From NCBI GenBank assembly GCA_964453925.1, contig CAYVPV010000001.1:46524-110523 (forward strand): DNA of 64,000 nt. Reading direction: 5' to 3'. Below are positions 37,612 through 47,926 of this stretch, one piece after another (position 1 is the stretch's first letter; every line of letters begins with the position of its first letter). The notes under the pieces were generated by a model. The model saw only the letters and a program-made list of their open reading frames with translations, did not search any database and was not told the origin of the DNA. Origin of the DNA: an uncultured Muribaculaceae bacterium. Its GTDB lineage: Bacteria > Bacillota_I > Bacilli_A > RF39 > UBA660. The position numbers and the translations under genes are program-made.

Positions 37612-39948
37612 ATGACCAAAACAGATTTACCAGTAATATTATTAAGAGGAATTATCGTTCTTCCTTATGCAGAACTTAAAATAGATTTAATAGAGGAATT
37701 AGATACAAAAATAATTGAACTTGCAAGTAATAATCATGATGGTTATGTATTATTAGTTTCACCACTTAATTATTTAGAAGAAAAAATTGAAATAAATAAG
37801 CTTCCAAAGTTAGGAATAGTAGGGCAAATAACTAAAAAAACAACACTTCCTAATGGGTGTATACGTGTTACAATCGCAGGTAAAAAACGTGCTGTTATAA
37901 ATAGTTATATGCCATATGATGACGTTGATGATGTTTTTGTAGGAAACGTATCTGCGCCTACTAGATATGCAATAGATGCAAGTGATGAAGAAGCTTTAGT
38001 TAGAAAATTAAAACAAGAATTGGAAAATTATATAACTATGGTTCCTTATGCTTCAAATAGTATATTAGGCGTAGTAGATGAAATAAATACTTTAAGCCGT
38101 TTAGCGGACGTTGTAGCAAATTACATGCCACTTACGTTTGAGCGTAAACACAAATTTTTAACAACTATTAATCCTCATACTAGAGTTATGATGAACCTAG
38201 AAGACATTCAAAAGGAACTAGATGTATTTGAAATAGAAAAGAAACTAGATTCTAAGTTAAAAGCAGAAATGGATAAAACTCAAACGGAGTTTATTTTAAG
38301 GGAAAAAATAAAACTTATCAAAGAAGAATTAGGTGATATTTCATCTAAGGATGATGAAATAGAGGAGATAAGAAAAAAAATAAAGAAACTTAGGTGCCCT
38401 AAAAACATTATTAAAAAGCTAGAAAGAGAATTAAATAAATATGAGTCTACTCCTTCGGCATCTCCAGAGATTGGGATAGTTAGAAACTATATTGATGTTT
38501 TAATTAATTTACCATGGAATACTTATACTAAAGATAATAGTGATTTAAAAAAAGTAAAACAAGTATTAGATGGTTCCCACTATGGCTTAGAAGACATAAA
38601 GGAAAGGATCGTTGAATATTTAGCAGTAAAAAAAAGAAGCGTGTCAAACAGAGCACCAATTATTTGTTTAGTTGGACCTCCAGGAGTTGGTAAAACTTCG
38701 CTTGCAAAATCAGTAGCAGATGCCATGAATCGTAAATTTGTTAAAATATCAGTTGGTGGTGTTAATGATCCCGCCGAAATAATAGGACATAGAAGGACCT
38801 ACATGGGAGCAAATCCTGGTAGAATTATAAACGCCTTAAAGAAATGTGGCTCTAATAATCCAGTATTTCTAATTGATGAAGTTGATAAAATGACTAAGGA
38901 TATTAAGGGTGATCCAGCAAGTAGTTTGCTTGAGGTTCTAGATCCAGAACAAAATGATAAATTTTATGACAACTATGTGGAGGAACCTTATGATTTATCT
39001 AAAATAATGTTTATATTAACCGCAAATTATGTTGATCAAATACCAAGTGAATTAAAAGATAGATTAGAAATCGTTGATTTATCGAGTTATACTGAATATG
39101 AAAAGCTATTCATTGCAAAGCAACATTTGATAAAACTTTCATGTGAGGAATATAATTTAACTGATAAAGATATTAAGTTTAGTGATGATATAATTCTTAA
39201 AATTATAAGAAATTATACTAAAGAAGCTGGTGTGCGTGAGCTTAAAAGAGTTATAAATAAAGTGATTAGAAAATATGTTAAGGGTATGCTTGAATCAAAT
39301 AAAGATACTTTAAACGTGAGAGTTACAGATAAAAAATTAGAAGAATTTTTGGGAAAACCAAAGTTTGAAAATACTAGCGTTTTAAGTGATGATGTGCCAG
39401 GCATTGTAAATGGTCTTGCTTATACTAGTTTTGGTGGTGATATACTTCCTTTAGAAGTAGTGACTTATTCTTCTAAAGAGCTAGTTAAATTGACTGGTAA
39501 TTTAGGTGACGTAATGAAAGAAAGCGTATCTATCGCACTTGGCCATATAAAAAGCCATGCAAAGGAATATAAAATTGATGTATCAAAATTAGATGACACT
39601 TGTATTCATGTAAATGCTGTAGAAGGTGGAATACCAAAGGATGGTCCATCAGCGGGAACTGCGCTTACAACTGCAATAATAAGCAGTTTAACAGGTAAAG
39701 TGGTAGATTCGTCATATGCCATGACTGGAGAAATGACTTTAACTGGTAAGGTATTGCCAATCGGAGGGTTAAAAGAAAAATCAATTGGTGCATATCGTGC
39801 GGGAATAAAAAATATAATTATCCCAAAGAAAAATGAAGCTGATATAGATCAAATACCTGATGAAGTTAGAAAAAACTTAAATATAATAATAGTTCAAGAT
39901 TATAAAGAGATATATAATGAAATATTTAGTAAAAAGAAGAAAAATTAA
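37612..39948 (+). CDS. lon: ATP-dependent Lon protease (LonA)
   Basis: RBS agggag upstream. GPPGVGKTS Walker A, FLIDEVDK Walker B and PKDGPSAG at the catalytic Ser region. Confidence 0.95.
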   Translation: MTKTDLPVILLRGIIVLPYAELKIDLIEELDTKIIELASNNHDGYVLLVSPLNYLEEKIEINKLPKLGIVGQITKKTTLPNGCIRVTIAGKKRAVINSYMPYDDVDDVFVGNVSAPTRYAIDASDEEALVRKLKQELENYITMVPYASNSILGVVDEINTLSRLADVVANYMPLTFERKHKFLTTINPHTRVMMNLEDIQKELDVFEIEKKLDSKLKAEMDKTQTEFILREKIKLIKEELGDISSKDDEIEEIRKKIKKLRCPKNIIKKLERELNKYESTPSASPEIGIVRNYIDVLINLPWNTYTKDNSDLKKVKQVLDGSHYGLEDIKERIVEYLAVKKRSVSNRAPIICLVGPPGVGKTSLAKSVADAMNRKFVKISVGGVNDPAEIIGHRRTYMGANPGRIINALKKCGSNNPVFLIDEVDKMTKDIKGDPASSLLEVLDPEQNDKFYDNYVEEPYDLSKIMFILTANYVDQIPSELKDRLEIVDLSSYTEYEKLFIAKQHLIKLSCEEYNLTDKDIKFSDDIILKIIRNYTKEAGVRELKRVINKVIRKYVKGMLESNKDTLNVRVTDKKLEEFLGKPKFENTSVLSDDVPGIVNGLAYTSFGGDILPLEVVTYSSKELVKLTGNLGDVMKESVSIALGHIKSHAKEYKIDVSKLDDTCIHVNAVEGGIPKDGPSAGTALTTAIISSLTGKVVDSSYAMTGEMTLTGKVLPIGGLKEKSIGAYRAGIKNIIIPKKNEADIDQIPDEVRKNLNIIIVQDYKEIYNEIFSKKKKN

Positions 39949-39998
39949 CATTTTCTTCTTTTTTGTTGCATATCTTTTTATTGAATGGAGATGAGTAT

Positions 39999-40760
39999 AT
40001 GAAACAGGTAATACCATTTGTAAAGGATATTAGCTTTCAAACAAAAATATCTGAAATAACAAGTATAGCATTAGAACATAATTTGCAAATGGAAAACAAT
40101 GATTCAATAGTAGGAAATTTTTTAGTAAGTGGTAAGTATAAAATTAATGATATTAGTATTAATGAGGAAGTTTTTGAACAAGAAGTTCCCTTTGATATTA
40201 CGTTAGATGATAAGTATGATGCGTCAAAAGTACAAATAGATATTGATGATTTTTATTACGAAATAATTAATGATGAATTCTTAAGAGTTCATATTGATGT
40301 TTTGGCAAATAACTTGGTTTACATTAAAAATAATAAAGTTGAAACGGTAAAAGAAGAAGTAGAACCTGAAATTTTAACTTTTTCAAATCAAGAGGAAAAT
40401 AGGAAAGATGAGGATGGTATTGAAATTATGACTGAAGAGCCTAAAAAAGAAGAAATTCTTATTCAAGAAACAAATGAAGATGATGTTAAAGAAGAAAGAT
40501 GTATAGTTCTAGAAGAACAAGAAGAAACGACTAGTGCTCCGGCAGTGAATAACGTAAACATCGCAAATAATTTAACCTCAGGTTTTCTTTCAGAAACTGA
40601 AAAATATACTACATATAAAGTACATATAGTAAGAGAAAGTGAAACATTAGAAGAGATAAAAGCAAAATACAATGTAACAACTGAAGAACTAGAAAAGTAT
40701 AATACGTTAGATAATATAGTATTAGGTACAAAGATAGTAATTCCGCTTTCAAATGAATAA
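39999..40760 (+). CDS. SpoVID-like protein with a C-terminal LysM domain
   Basis: The N-terminus FVKDISFQTKISEITSIALEH...VGNFLVSGKY resembles the SpoVID N domain. There is an acidic middle region. The C-terminal LysM reads YKVHIVRESETLEEIKAKYNVTTEELEKYN. Synteny with the ysxE-like gene supports the call. Confidence 0.55.
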   Translation: MKQVIPFVKDISFQTKISEITSIALEHNLQMENNDSIVGNFLVSGKYKINDISINEEVFEQEVPFDITLDDKYDASKVQIDIDDFYYEIINDEFLRVHIDVLANNLVYIKNNKVETVKEEVEPEILTFSNQEENRKDEDGIEIMTEEPKKEEILIQETNEDDVKEERCIVLEEQEETTSAPAVNNVNIANNLTSGFLSETEKYTTYKVHIVRESETLEEIKAKYNVTTEELEKYNTLDNIVLGTKIVIPLSNE

Positions 40761-41676
40761 AGAAGCGATTAGAAAAACAATAAAAAAAAGATGTCCTAAC
40801 GTAAAACGTTATGAAATATATAAAAAATCCATAATATATAAAGATACTGAAGGAAAAAAACATGTAGTAAAAAATAATGAAAATAATATTTTAGAAATGT
40901 ATAATTATTTAAATTCTAGAGGATTTTCCTATTTGCCTAGACTTGAATATTGTGATGATAACACTTACGTATATGAGTATGTAGAAGATACCAATACTCC
41001 CGATGAACAACGGATAAGTGATCTTATAAAAATTGATGCTTTGTTACATAACAAAACGGTGTATTATAAAGATATTTCAATAGATGAAGTTAAAGAAATT
41101 TATGAGAATTTAACTGAAAAGATAGATAACACTTTTAGTTATTATGATGATATCGTAACAATGATAGAATCTAAAATATATATGTCACCTAGTGAATATA
41201 TGTTGGTAAGAAATTGTTCATCTATCTTTTCTTGTCTTAATTTTTGTAAAAAAGAATTAGATGATTGGTATTCAATTATGCAAAGTAAAACAAAAAAAAG
41301 AGTAGTTTTATTACATAATAATCTTGATTTAAAACATATTGTAAGATCCGATGATAACGTACTTATTAGTTGGAATAACGTAACAAGAGATTTGCCAATA
41401 TATGATTTTATAAGTTTGTATAAGAAAATGTATTATAAATATGATTTCAATGAACTTTATCGTGACTATCTAAAAAGATTTCCGCTTCTTATTGAAGAGA
41501 GGAAACTTATGTTTATCATTCTTTTTATTCCACCTAAAATAACGTTTTCTAATTCTGAGATCAACTCAACAATCGAGGTATCAAAATTATGTAATTATTT
41601 AGTTACTACTGATAAATTATTTATGGAAAATGAGGCAAAAAATGCCAAAGAACAAAATAATAAGATCTATGAATAA
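40753..41676 (+). CDS. YsxE/CotS-like kinase-fold (spore coat-associated) protein
   Basis: LLHNNLDLKHIV...LISWNNVTRDLPIYDF resembles the CotS-family catalytic region, but the HxD motif is degenerate. The gene is adjacent to the spoVID-like gene, as in Bacillus. Confidence 0.5.
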   Translation: MNKEAIRKTIKKRCPNVKRYEIYKKSIIYKDTEGKKHVVKNNENNILEMYNYLNSRGFSYLPRLEYCDDNTYVYEYVEDTNTPDEQRISDLIKIDALLHNKTVYYKDISIDEVKEIYENLTEKIDNTFSYYDDIVTMIESKIYMSPSEYMLVRNCSSIFSCLNFCKKELDDWYSIMQSKTKKRVVLLHNNLDLKHIVRSDDNVLISWNNVTRDLPIYDFISLYKKMYYKYDFNELYRDYLKRFPLLIEERKLMFIILFIPPKITFSNSEINSTIEVSKLCNYLVTTDKLFMENEAKNAKEQNNKIYE

Positions 41677-41811
41677 TAAAAATACATGAAATCTAGCACA
41701 TAATATAAGAGCAAGTATAGCTTGATAAAATGTTATAAAACAAAACGCGAACACTAATATTACATATTTAGTTAATCCGCCACCAAAAAAGTTATTAGGA
41801 CGCATAAACAT
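41617..41811 (-). CDS. possible small hydrophobic protein (~64 aa)
   Basis: Minus-strand promoter-like TTAGCA, about 17-18 nt, then TATAAT. RBS aaaggtga. Two predicted TM helices. The 3' end overlaps the ysxE-like gene convergently by 60 nt. Confidence 0.3.
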   Translation of the reverse strand: MFMRPNNFFGGGLTKYVILVFAFCFITFYQAILALILCARFHVFLLFIDLIILFFGIFCLIFHK

Positions 41812-41925
41812 CACCTTTACCTTATTATATGTATTAAATAGAAAAGTTGCTAACCATATTTTTATAAAAATATGGTTTTTTTACCTAAAAAATGTTATTA
41901 TATATAAAGAATAGGAGTGGTTGAT

Positions 41926-42417
41926 ATGCTTAATAATAAAGGTTTCGCTGTTTCTGCGGTTTTATATACTTTATTAATTGCATTCTTGATGTTTTTAGGT
42001 GCAGCACTTGCTATGTTTTCATCATCAAGTAGTCTAATTGGAAAGGCAAACAATGACCTAATAAATGGAAGTGATTTTGATGTTATTCAAGTTAAGACAT
42101 ATGAAAATGGAAAAGAATGTGGTACTAATAAAGATTATATGTGGTATCAAGCTACGGATGGTGTAACCCTTTCTAATACAATAATTCAAATAAAAAATAA
42201 GTATGGTACGAAGTATTGGCCAAGGGATTTTGAAGGAAATGATATTACCGTTGAAATTGATGATACGGTAAAATTAGAATCTGGGGTTATTTCTGGGAAA
42301 ATCAGAGTTGAATATAATGTAAATCCCGAAGTAAATTATGAAAACTATGGGCAACTAACTTTCATAGATGATGATGGGAACAGAGAGGAAGTAATTTTAA
42401 AAGATATTTGTTACTAA
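41926..42417 (+). CDS. minor pilin / pseudopilin-like protein lacking Glu5 (ComGG/PilX-like)
   Basis: RBS aggagtgg upstream. MLNNKG|FAVSAVLYTLLIAFLMFLGAALAMF is a prepilin-like hydrophobic N-terminus without Glu5. Confidence 0.5.
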   Translation: MLNNKGFAVSAVLYTLLIAFLMFLGAALAMFSSSSSLIGKANNDLINGSDFDVIQVKTYENGKECGTNKDYMWYQATDGVTLSNTIIQIKNKYGTKYWPRDFEGNDITVEIDDTVKLESGVISGKIRVEYNVNPEVNYENYGQLTFIDDDGNREEVILKDICY

Positions 42418-42419
42418 AC

Positions 42420-42448
42420 TTGTTAAATTTAAAATTATTTGTTATACT
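42420..42448 (+). promoter_or_regulatory. sigma-A promoter with extended -10 (TTGTTA, 17-nt spacer, TGtTATACT)
   Basis: ttgttaaatttaaaattatttgttatact lies directly upstream of the T-box leader. Confidence 0.5.
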
Positions 42449-42454
42449 AATAGC

Positions 42455-42688
42455 ATATTTTAAAAGCAATGAACAAGAGGAGTAAGTTATTGGTTTATTA
42501 AAGAAAGCAAGTGGTTGATGTAAACTTGTATAAATAATAACCGAAGGTAGCTTGGGAGCTTAATTATAGAAATAATAGTAAATAATTACGTATGCCGCGT
42601 TAAGGAGTTAAGATGCATATCTTTATGATATGAATTAAGGTGGTATCGTGGGTATAAAACTCATCCTTTAGTTAGGATGGGATTTTTT
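42455..42688 (+). promoter_or_regulatory. T-box riboswitch leader upstream of valS
   Basis: agaggagta S-turn-like element, T-box sequence aattaaggtggtatcgtggg (42634-42653), and a terminator tcatcc...ggatgg plus T6. The specifier register is ambiguous (GUA at 42547-49 versus GGU at 42546-48). Confidence 0.75.
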
Positions 42689-42709
42689 AATTTTATAGGA
42701 GGTGAAAAA

Positions 42710-43068
42710 TTGAAGAATTATATAGATTTCTTTAATAATTATATTTCTAAATATGATTTGTCATTAGAACCATTAATAAGAAAGAAAAAATAAAACTTAG
42801 AAACTTTGATTCAAAATATAGTAAATCTGCACTAAATGATATTATAAATGGTAAAACTTTGAACATTAGTAAATATCCAGATTTGTGTGATAAATCACTG
42901 GTTAAACTAGGATTATTTAATGATATAAATTTTGATTATACAAAAAAGAGAATAATTAATGATAACTTAATAGATAAGATAAAAGAGATGTATATAAAAA
43001 GTAATCCCGTGGAGGAAGAAACAATAATAAAAGTATGTGAAATATTAGGAGAAAGGTTAGGTAAATAA
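42710..43068 (+). pseudogene. small ORF (~119 aa if repaired) split by a frameshift in the A6 run at 42785-42790
   Basis: RBS aggaggtg plus TTG at 42710 reads LKNYIDFFNNYISKYDLSLEPLIRKKK then stops. Another frame continues as IKLRNFDSKYSKSALNDIINGKTLNISKYPDL... to 43068. Confidence 0.4.
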
Positions 43069-43070
43069 AT

Positions 43071-45629
43071 ATGTTAGAAAAAAAATATGATCATGGTAAG
43101 GTAGAACAAGGAAAATATGATAAGTGGCTTAAGCATAATTACTTTAAAGCGGGTGATTTAACTAAGGAAGCTTTTAGTATTGTTATTCCGCCACCAAACG
43201 TAACAGGTAAGTTACATTTAGGACATGCTTGGGATACAACTCTGCAAGACATAATAATTCGTTATAAAAAAATGGACGGTTATGATGCTTTATGGTTACC
43301 TGGAATGGATCATGCTGCAATCGCAACAGAAGTTAAGGTTGTAGATAGACTAAAAAAGCAAGGTATTAACAAAAGAGATTTAGGCCGCGAAGGATTTTTA
43401 GAAAAAGCATGGGAGTGGAAAGAAGAATATGCTAATACAATAAGACAGCAGTGGGGTAAACTTGGTCTTGCGCTTGATTACTCAAGAGAAAGATTTACTC
43501 TTGATGAGGGGCTTAATAAAGCGGTTACTAAGGTATTTGTTGACTTATATAACAAAGGATGGATTTATAGGGGAGAACGTATTATAAACTGGGATCCTGT
43601 TCAAAAAACTGCTTTATCAAATGAAGAAGTTATATATAAAGACGTAGAAGGTGCTTTCTATCACATTAAATATTTTATAGAAGGAACTAATGACTATTTA
43701 GAGGTTGCAACAACAAGACCAGAAACTTTATTTGGAGATACTGCCGTTGCGGTTAATCCAAGTGATGATAGGTATAATAAATTAATTGGTAAGAACGTTG
43801 TTTTACCAATCGTTAATAAATTAATACCAATAGTTGGAGATGAACACGCTGACCCAGAGTTTGGTACAGGTGTTGTTAAAATTACTCCAGCTCATGATCC
43901 TAACGATTTTGAAGTTGGTAACCGTCATAACTTAGAAAGAATAGTAGTAATGAGAGAAGATGCTACCATGAATGAAAACGCTGGTAAATATGCTGGTATG
44001 GAAAGATTTAAGTGTCGTGAAGCTTTACTTAAAGATTTAAAAGAAGAGGATTTACTTATAAAGATAGAGCCTATGACGCACAATGTAGGTCATTCAGAAA
44101 GAACCGGTGTTATGGTCGAACCTTATCTTTCTAAACAGTGGTTTGTTAATATGGAAGGATTATCTAAGCATGTTTTAGAAAATCAAAGAGATAAAGATAC
44201 TAAGGTAAACTTTGTGCCCGTTAGATTTGAAAAAATACTTAATAACTGGATGAGTGATTGTCATGATTGGTGTATTTCAAGACAATTATGGTGGGGACAC
44301 AGAATTCCTGCTTGGTATAAAAATGATGAAGTATACGTAGGATTAGAGGCACCCGAAGGTGATGGTTGGAAGCAAGATGAAGATGTTTTAGATACGTGGT
44401 TTTCAAGCGCTTTATGGCCGTTTAGTACTTTAGGTTGGCCAGATAATACGTCTGACCTAGAAAGATATTTTCCTAATGACGTATTAGTAACTGGTTATGA
44501 TATTATTTTCTTTTGGGTATGCAGAATGGTATTTCAATCACTTGAGTTTACTAATAAAAGACCTTTTAAGGATTGCTTAATTCATGGTCTTATTCGTGAT
44601 AAAGAAGGACGAAAAATGTCTAAGTCTTTAGGTAACGGCGTAGACCCGATGGACGTTATTGATACGTATGGGGCTGACTCTTTAAGGTATTTTTTAACTA
44701 CTAATTCAGCACCCGGTCAAGACTTAAGATACGACGAAGATAAGGTTAAAGCAACATGGAACTTTATCAATAAGATATGGAATGCATCTAGATACGTATT
44801 AATGAATACCGAAGATTTAAAAGAAATTAATCTGAATAATTTAACATCTAGTGATAAATGGATTTTAACCAAATTAAATAAAACCATCAAAAACGTTAGA
44901 ACAAACATGGATAAATATGACTTTAACTTAGTTGGTAACGAATTATATAAATTCATTTGGGAAGATTTTTGTGATACGTACATAGAATATAGTAAAGTAT
45001 CAATTGAAAACGTATCAACTAAATCTACGTTAATTGTTGTTTTAACTGATATAATTAAAATGCTTCATCCGTTTATGCCTTATGTTACTGATGAAATATA
45101 TGATTCCATTCCGGTTAAAGAAGCTGAGAACATAATTTTATCTAGTTATCCAGTATATGATGAAAATAATATGTATGATTTAGAAGAAAAGGAAATTGAT
45201 GCTTTAGCAGAAATTATTGCAAGCGTTCGTAACGCGAAAGCTGAAAATGATATCCCTAAAGGGTTTGGAATTAAAAACGAATTTAATGACCATGATAAGT
45301 ACATAATCGATAATAATAAAGAAATATTGACAAGACTTTTAAAATGTGATATTATACTATCTTCTTTTGAGGGAGCATCTAATTTGGAATTAGTATTTTC
45401 TTATGGAAGCTTAACCTTGGTTTATGAAGGAAAAAAGGTTACTGAAGAAGATATTTTAAACCTAAAAAAAGAAAAAGATGCCTTGGAAAAAAGCATTGAA
45501 AGAAGAAAAAAACTTTTAGCTAATGAAAGGTACGTAGCTAACGCTCCAGAAAAAATTGTTAACTCTGAAAAAGAAAAGCTAAAAGACGAAGAAAATAAAT
45601 TAAATATTATTATGGATAAACTAAATTAA
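43071..45629 (+). CDS. valS: valyl-tRNA synthetase
   Basis: [14 protein letters not shown] (HIGH), KMSKSLGN (KMSKS), an editing domain and a C-terminal coiled coil. Confidence 0.95.
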   Translation: MLEKKYDHGKVEQGKYDKWLKHNYFKAGDLTKEAFSIVIPPPNVTGKLHLGHAWDTTLQDIIIRYKKMDGYDALWLPGMDHAAIATEVKVVDRLKKQGINKRDLGREGFLEKAWEWKEEYANTIRQQWGKLGLALDYSRERFTLDEGLNKAVTKVFVDLYNKGWIYRGERIINWDPVQKTALSNEEVIYKDVEGAFYHIKYFIEGTNDYLEVATTRPETLFGDTAVAVNPSDDRYNKLIGKNVVLPIVNKLIPIVGDEHADPEFGTGVVKITPAHDPNDFEVGNRHNLERIVVMREDATMNENAGKYAGMERFKCREALLKDLKEEDLLIKIEPMTHNVGHSERTGVMVEPYLSKQWFVNMEGLSKHVLENQRDKDTKVNFVPVRFEKILNNWMSDCHDWCISRQLWWGHRIPAWYKNDEVYVGLEAPEGDGWKQDEDVLDTWFSSALWPFSTLGWPDNTSDLERYFPNDVLVTGYDIIFFWVCRMVFQSLEFTNKRPFKDCLIHGLIRDKEGRKMSKSLGNGVDPMDVIDTYGADSLRYFLTTNSAPGQDLRYDEDKVKATWNFINKIWNASRYVLMNTEDLKEINLNNLTSSDKWILTKLNKTIKNVRTNMDKYDFNLVGNELYKFIWEDFCDTYIEYSKVSIENVSTKSTLIVVLTDIIKMLHPFMPYVTDEIYDSIPVKEAENIILSSYPVYDENNMYDLEEKEIDALAEIIASVRNAKAENDIPKGFGIKNEFNDHDKYIIDNNKEILTRLLKCDIILSSFEGASNLELVFSYGSLTLVYEGKKVTEEDILNLKKEKDALEKSIERRKKLLANERYVANAPEKIVNSEKEKLKDEENKLNIIMDKLN

Positions 45630-45648
45630 AAAGGATAGGTGGTTTTGG

Positions 45649-46059
45649 ATGTTAGAATGTATGAAATCTTTAGGAAACAGAGAAATTATTACTAAACAAC
45701 TAGAAGAAAATACAAAGCAAATGTTTGATAAATTTGTTGATGTATCCGTTTTGGAATTATTTGATAAAGAATATGGTTCTTTTGACGAAAACGAGATACC
45801 TGTTGTCTTGTTTGATGAAGAAAAATTAATTAATGAAGCAAGAAAACTTTTTGTAGACGAAGAAAATATTCAAAGTACTTTATTGTTTTTAGAAACAAGG
45901 CCACAAGGTAAAATAATAGCTACTACAAATGATGGTAAAACGGTAATTGATATTTCTGAATATAAAAAATTCAGAAAGAAGTACCCTACGAAAGTAGCAG
46001 TTGATCAGGATGCTGATTTAGAAACTGGAAGCGTTTTCAAAAAGGGAACTATGAAATAG
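45649..46059 (+). CDS. hypothetical protein
   Basis: 136-aa ORF. No family recognised. Confidence 0.45.
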   Translation: MLECMKSLGNREIITKQLEENTKQMFDKFVDVSVLELFDKEYGSFDENEIPVVLFDEEKLINEARKLFVDEENIQSTLLFLETRPQGKIIATTNDGKTVIDISEYKKFRKKYPTKVAVDQDADLETGSVFKKGTMK

Positions 46060-46122
46060 TTTCTTTTTTCTTGCATAAAAGCCTGTTTTGATATATACTT
46101 TAACTTGAAAGGAAGCCTTGAT

Positions 46123-47820
46123 ATGAAACTAAAACATAGTTATTTTTATACATTAAGAGAAAACGTAAAAGATGAAGAATCAATAAGTGGAAACCTGCTT
46201 ACTAGAAGTGGAATGATAAAGAAAAGTTCATCTGGTGTATATATGTATTTGCCACTAGGGTATAAGGTTGTGAAAAACATAGAAAAAATAGTAAGAGAAG
46301 AAATGGAAAACATTAATGCTGGGGAACTTTTGATGCCGGCGTTAATCCCAGAAGACGTATATATATCATCAGGACGAAGAGAAGCATTCGGCAGTGATAT
46401 GTTTTCTTTAAAAGATAGGTTTGATAAAAATTATGTATTAGCACCTACTCACGAAGAGTTATTTACGGTTGCGGCAATTTCTAAAGTAAAGTCGTATAAA
46501 GACTTACCTTTTAGTATTTACCAAGTGCAAGATAAATTTAGGGATGAACCTAGAAGTAGATATGGTTTAATCCGTGTAAGGGAATTTTTGATGAAGGATG
46601 CCTATTCATTTGATGTGGATGAAAAAGGGCTTAATGATTCATATAATAACATGTATAATGCCTATAAAAAAATATTTACAAGACTTGGAATAGATTATAA
46701 AATAGTTAAATCTGACACTGGTGCAATGGGGGGACTTTTATCAGAAGAATTTCAAGCTATAACCAATATTGGTGAAGATAAATTAGTTATTTGTGATGAA
46801 TGCGGATATGCTGCTAATAGTGATGTTGCTAAATGTATGCTTTTAACTGATAAGTCAGATGAAGATATAAAAATTAGAGAGCTTGTTAAAACGCCATCCG
46901 CCGGTACGATAGAAGAAGTTTCTAAATACTTAGAAGAAGATAAAGAAAAGTTTGTTAAAACTTTAATATATAAGATTGATGAAAAGTATTATGCCGTTTT
47001 AGTAAAAGGAAATAATGAAGTTAACGAAGCTAAGGTAAAAAAATTATTAAAAGCCAATGAAATCTCATTGGCAAGCCCAGAAGAAGTAGAAGAAGTAACT
47101 GGAGCGGCACTTGGGTTTGCAGGCCCTATAGGTTTAGATATACCAGTTATCTTAGATAATGAAATAATGAATATGAAAAACTTCATAGTGGGAGCTAATA
47201 AAACTGATTATCATTATAAAAACGCTAATTTAGAGGATTTTAATTATTTATTTGTTAGTGACGTAAGATGTATTACTGACTTGGATTGTTGCCCTAAATG
47301 TGGTAAAAAATTAACTTTTAAAAACGGTATAGAGGTAGGTAATACTTTTAAACTTGGAACTAAGTATTCAGAAAATTTGGGACTTTATTATTTGAATAAA
47401 GAAAATGAAAGTTTACCCGTATGGATGGGATGTTACGGAATTGGCATCGGAAGGTGTATGGCTTCAGTTGTAGAACAACACAACGACGATAAGGGAATTA
47501 TATGGCCTATGGAAATAGCACCGTTTAAAGTATCAATTATCGTTGTTAATATTGAGGACGAAGCGCAAATGGATGCTGCTAACTATTTATATGGAGAATT
47601 AAGGAAGGGAAATATATCTACTATCTTAGATGATAGAGAAGAGCGAGTAGGAGTTAAATTTAACGATATGGATTTAATAGGTATACCAATTAGAATAACC
47701 ATTGGCAATAAGATTAAAGATCAAATAGTGGAAATAAAGGAAAGAAAAAAATCTGAATTTGAAGAAATTTCACTTTATGATGCTATGACGAAAGTTGAAG
47801 ATATCATTGATGGAGAATAA
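46123..47820 (+). CDS. proS: prolyl-tRNA synthetase (bacterial type with insertion/editing domain)
   Basis: APTHEELFT, FRDEPRSRYGLIRVREF and GCYGIGIGR motifs. Confidence 0.9.
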   Translation: MKLKHSYFYTLRENVKDEESISGNLLTRSGMIKKSSSGVYMYLPLGYKVVKNIEKIVREEMENINAGELLMPALIPEDVYISSGRREAFGSDMFSLKDRFDKNYVLAPTHEELFTVAAISKVKSYKDLPFSIYQVQDKFRDEPRSRYGLIRVREFLMKDAYSFDVDEKGLNDSYNNMYNAYKKIFTRLGIDYKIVKSDTGAMGGLLSEEFQAITNIGEDKLVICDECGYAANSDVAKCMLLTDKSDEDIKIRELVKTPSAGTIEEVSKYLEEDKEKFVKTLIYKIDEKYYAVLVKGNNEVNEAKVKKLLKANEISLASPEEVEEVTGAALGFAGPIGLDIPVILDNEIMNMKNFIVGANKTDYHYKNANLEDFNYLFVSDVRCITDLDCCPKCGKKLTFKNGIEVGNTFKLGTKYSENLGLYYLNKENESLPVWMGCYGIGIGRCMASVVEQHNDDKGIIWPMEIAPFKVSIIVVNIEDEAQMDAANYLYGELRKGNISTILDDREERVGVKFNDMDLIGIPIRITIGNKIKDQIVEIKERKKSEFEEISLYDAMTKVEDIIDGE

Positions 47821-47822
47821 AA

Positions 47823-47858
47823 AATAGCAAAAAATAGCACTTTTTGCTATTTTTTTTT
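47823..47858 (+). terminator. intrinsic terminator after proS
   Basis: Stem atagcaaaaa/tttttgctat followed by T8. Confidence 0.6.
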
Positions 47859-47926
47859 AATTTTTTTCAAAAATTTAGGGGAATTTTAAAAAAAACGGAG
47901 AATAATTAATTTAGGAGGACATTTTT

